Source: Heteronotia binoei
Taxonomy: Eukaryota
DNA length: 64,000 bases
Reading direction: 5' to 3'
Assembly: GCF_032191835.1 (NCBI RefSeq)
Contig: NC_083231.1
Coordinates: 78,306,001 to 78,370,000 of the forward strand
Each line of letters begins with the position of its first letter. The stretch's first letter is position 1. A program made the position numbers and the translations under genes. Below the pieces are notes generated by a model, which was not told where the DNA came from, ran no database searches, and saw only the letters and a list, made by a program, of their open reading frames with translations. Of this stretch, positions 62,095-64,000 are shown piece by piece.

Positions 62095-63339
62095 GCACCC
62101 CCCTCCCAACCATGACAGTCTGAGCAACAGACCAAACCACCAACCTTTCCACCATTCATGACACAAATTGGCATCAGGGAGAATGGCTTGGTAGAACAGA
62201 AAATTGATTTCTCCCCTCCTCTCCAGCTCCACAAGTTCATACACTGAATTTCAGGTACCTCCCCCTCCACCCCCGCTCCTTGATGCCTACATGCACATGC
62301 TCAAAATTTAAAAAGGGTCTATATAGTTAAATAGAAAACTTGGAGGAACCAAAGGGAGAGAGTTCTCTCTTTCTTAAGTGATAGTGGGGGGTGCAGTGGA
62401 AGACCAGGTTGTAGTTTTCTGATCAGGCTAGCAAGTGAAGTATCCCAGATGGCATCTGTGTTTTCATTGTAGCAGACAAAAACTCTCATTATTTCTCGTA
62501 TCAATCAGTTTATGTCCATGCATTCACACAATACATATCAATCCAAATTTCAGAGAATTTTCAGCTGTGACGTGAAGATAAGGAGTCAGCTGACCATTGC
62601 ATGGAAAATTCCTGAAACTGCTCACACACGGAAAAATAAAATAAAAAAAAACCCTATGCAATTATAAGCAAGGAAGGCTTGAAAATAATTTACTGTTGTA
62701 AGGGTTTAGCATCACAGCAGCAATATGAGATCAAATAAATTAAAAGTTGTAAACCATTTTGCCACAGATAGCATCAATGAGATTTCATTGACCTTGAAAT
62801 GGATTAATATCAAGCTAGTTGATTATGATAATGGATGAGGGGGGAAAAAGATCCTATAATGATGTCCAACAAAACCATGTATCCTTTAGATTTCCTTGCT
62901 ATTTTAAAAAAATCAGTCATCACTGAATGTCAAAATACTTGTGTTCCTCAAATGCTCAGATTAATGACTTGCAAAAATCTGAACTACCTCTCCAACAATT
63001 GCATCATCTTCCAGTTCTCTGGAAAATGCAAAAAAGGGACCTAACAAAGCTTTCTGTGGTCAATTGTATTATCAAGGCAGTTGGCACTACCAGCTGATTC
63101 CAGCTTACTATTAATCTTGTGGAAAATAAAATACTCCTTTGTAGTTAAAAGCCTAACCAGTTACTACAATGTCTGAACAAAAATGGCTTTTACAAAAATT
63201 GCATATGTTAAAATCCTGTAAGTGTAATCAAACAGCAGTAACCAATTGTTTCTATGTAGTTTGAATGCAAGGCAACCAGTTTAAGAACGATATCTCCTAG
63301 CCAACAAAATTTAATATTTTTTTTTCAACTGAAATAAAG

Positions 63340-64000
63340 ATAAGCCATGTCTACAGCATTCCCCTGATCCAGAATGACTTGTTCTTGAGGAATTCATGCT
63401 GGCCCTTAGTAATCACAGCCATCTTTTCTAAATGCTCAAGGACTGACTGCTTGATTTTGTTTTAAAAGTTTTCCAGGTACAGATGTCAAGCTGACAGATC
63501 AGTAGTTACCCAGATCCTCCTTTTCCTCCTTCTTGAAGATGGGGACAACATTTGCCCACCTCCAATCTTCTGGCACATCACCTGTTCTCCAAGAATCCTC
63601 AAAAATAATGGACAGAAGCTCATAATTACATTTGCAAGTTCTTTTAGTACCCTTGGATACAGTACATCTGGCCCCAAGGATTTAATTTCATTTAAAGAAA
63701 ATAGGTGTTTAAATACTACCCCTATGCTAATCCTAGGCTGCAACTCCCTTCCCTCATCATGTGTTGTTTTTACTATGTTTGACACGGTTCCCTCAGAAGA
63801 GAAGACTGAGGAAAAGTAGGAACTGAACAGTTCTGCCCTCTCTTCATCACCTGTTACAATTCACTTCCCTGTCCTCACAAGGGGCCCACCATATCCTTGA
63901 TCTTTTTCTTACTTTGAAATAAGAACCCTTCTTGTTGTTTTTAGCATCTCTTGCTAGCCTAAGCTCATAATGAGCTTTAGCTTTTCTAACCTTCTCTCTA
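63340..64000 (-). mobile_element. CR1 LINE ORF2 internal fragment (degenerate), runs off the window end
   Basis: Minus strand reads KSLGPDVLYPRVLKELANVI, followed in shifted frames by VPEDWRWANVVPIFKK-like sequence. Confidence 0.85.

Overview
Vertebrate genomic DNA, most likely a gecko, inferred from the tRNA- and 5S-derived SINE families present. It contains one host protein-coding gene: SPRY1 (Sprouty 1), minus strand, single coding exon 40374-41336, 320 aa. The exon has a clear splice acceptor at 41392, and a CpG-enriched promoter/first-exon region lies at about 45.6-47.3 kb. The rest is intergenic or intronic and rich in transposons: a near-intact L2 LINE with one frameshift, a 5'-inverted RTE insertion next to the promoter, CR1/BovB/RTEX-like fragments, many SINEs, hAT and Tigger MITEs with readable target-site duplications (TSDs), a solo LTR, and two Penelope-like fold-back insertions, one carrying two minimal hammerhead-ribozyme motifs. 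There is also a 186-N gap and an exact 264-bp tandem duplication. Most notable: (1) this SPRY1 is open but has many substitutions at residues conserved across Sprouty proteins, including two cysteines, suggesting a decaying copy such as a sex-chromosome gametolog or duplicate; (2) the Penelope fold-backs and their hammerheads; (3) a MITE family carrying a KLF plus octamer motif module. I see no evidence for a wholly new coding system. Repeat family names and orthologue comparisons come from memory, not database searches.
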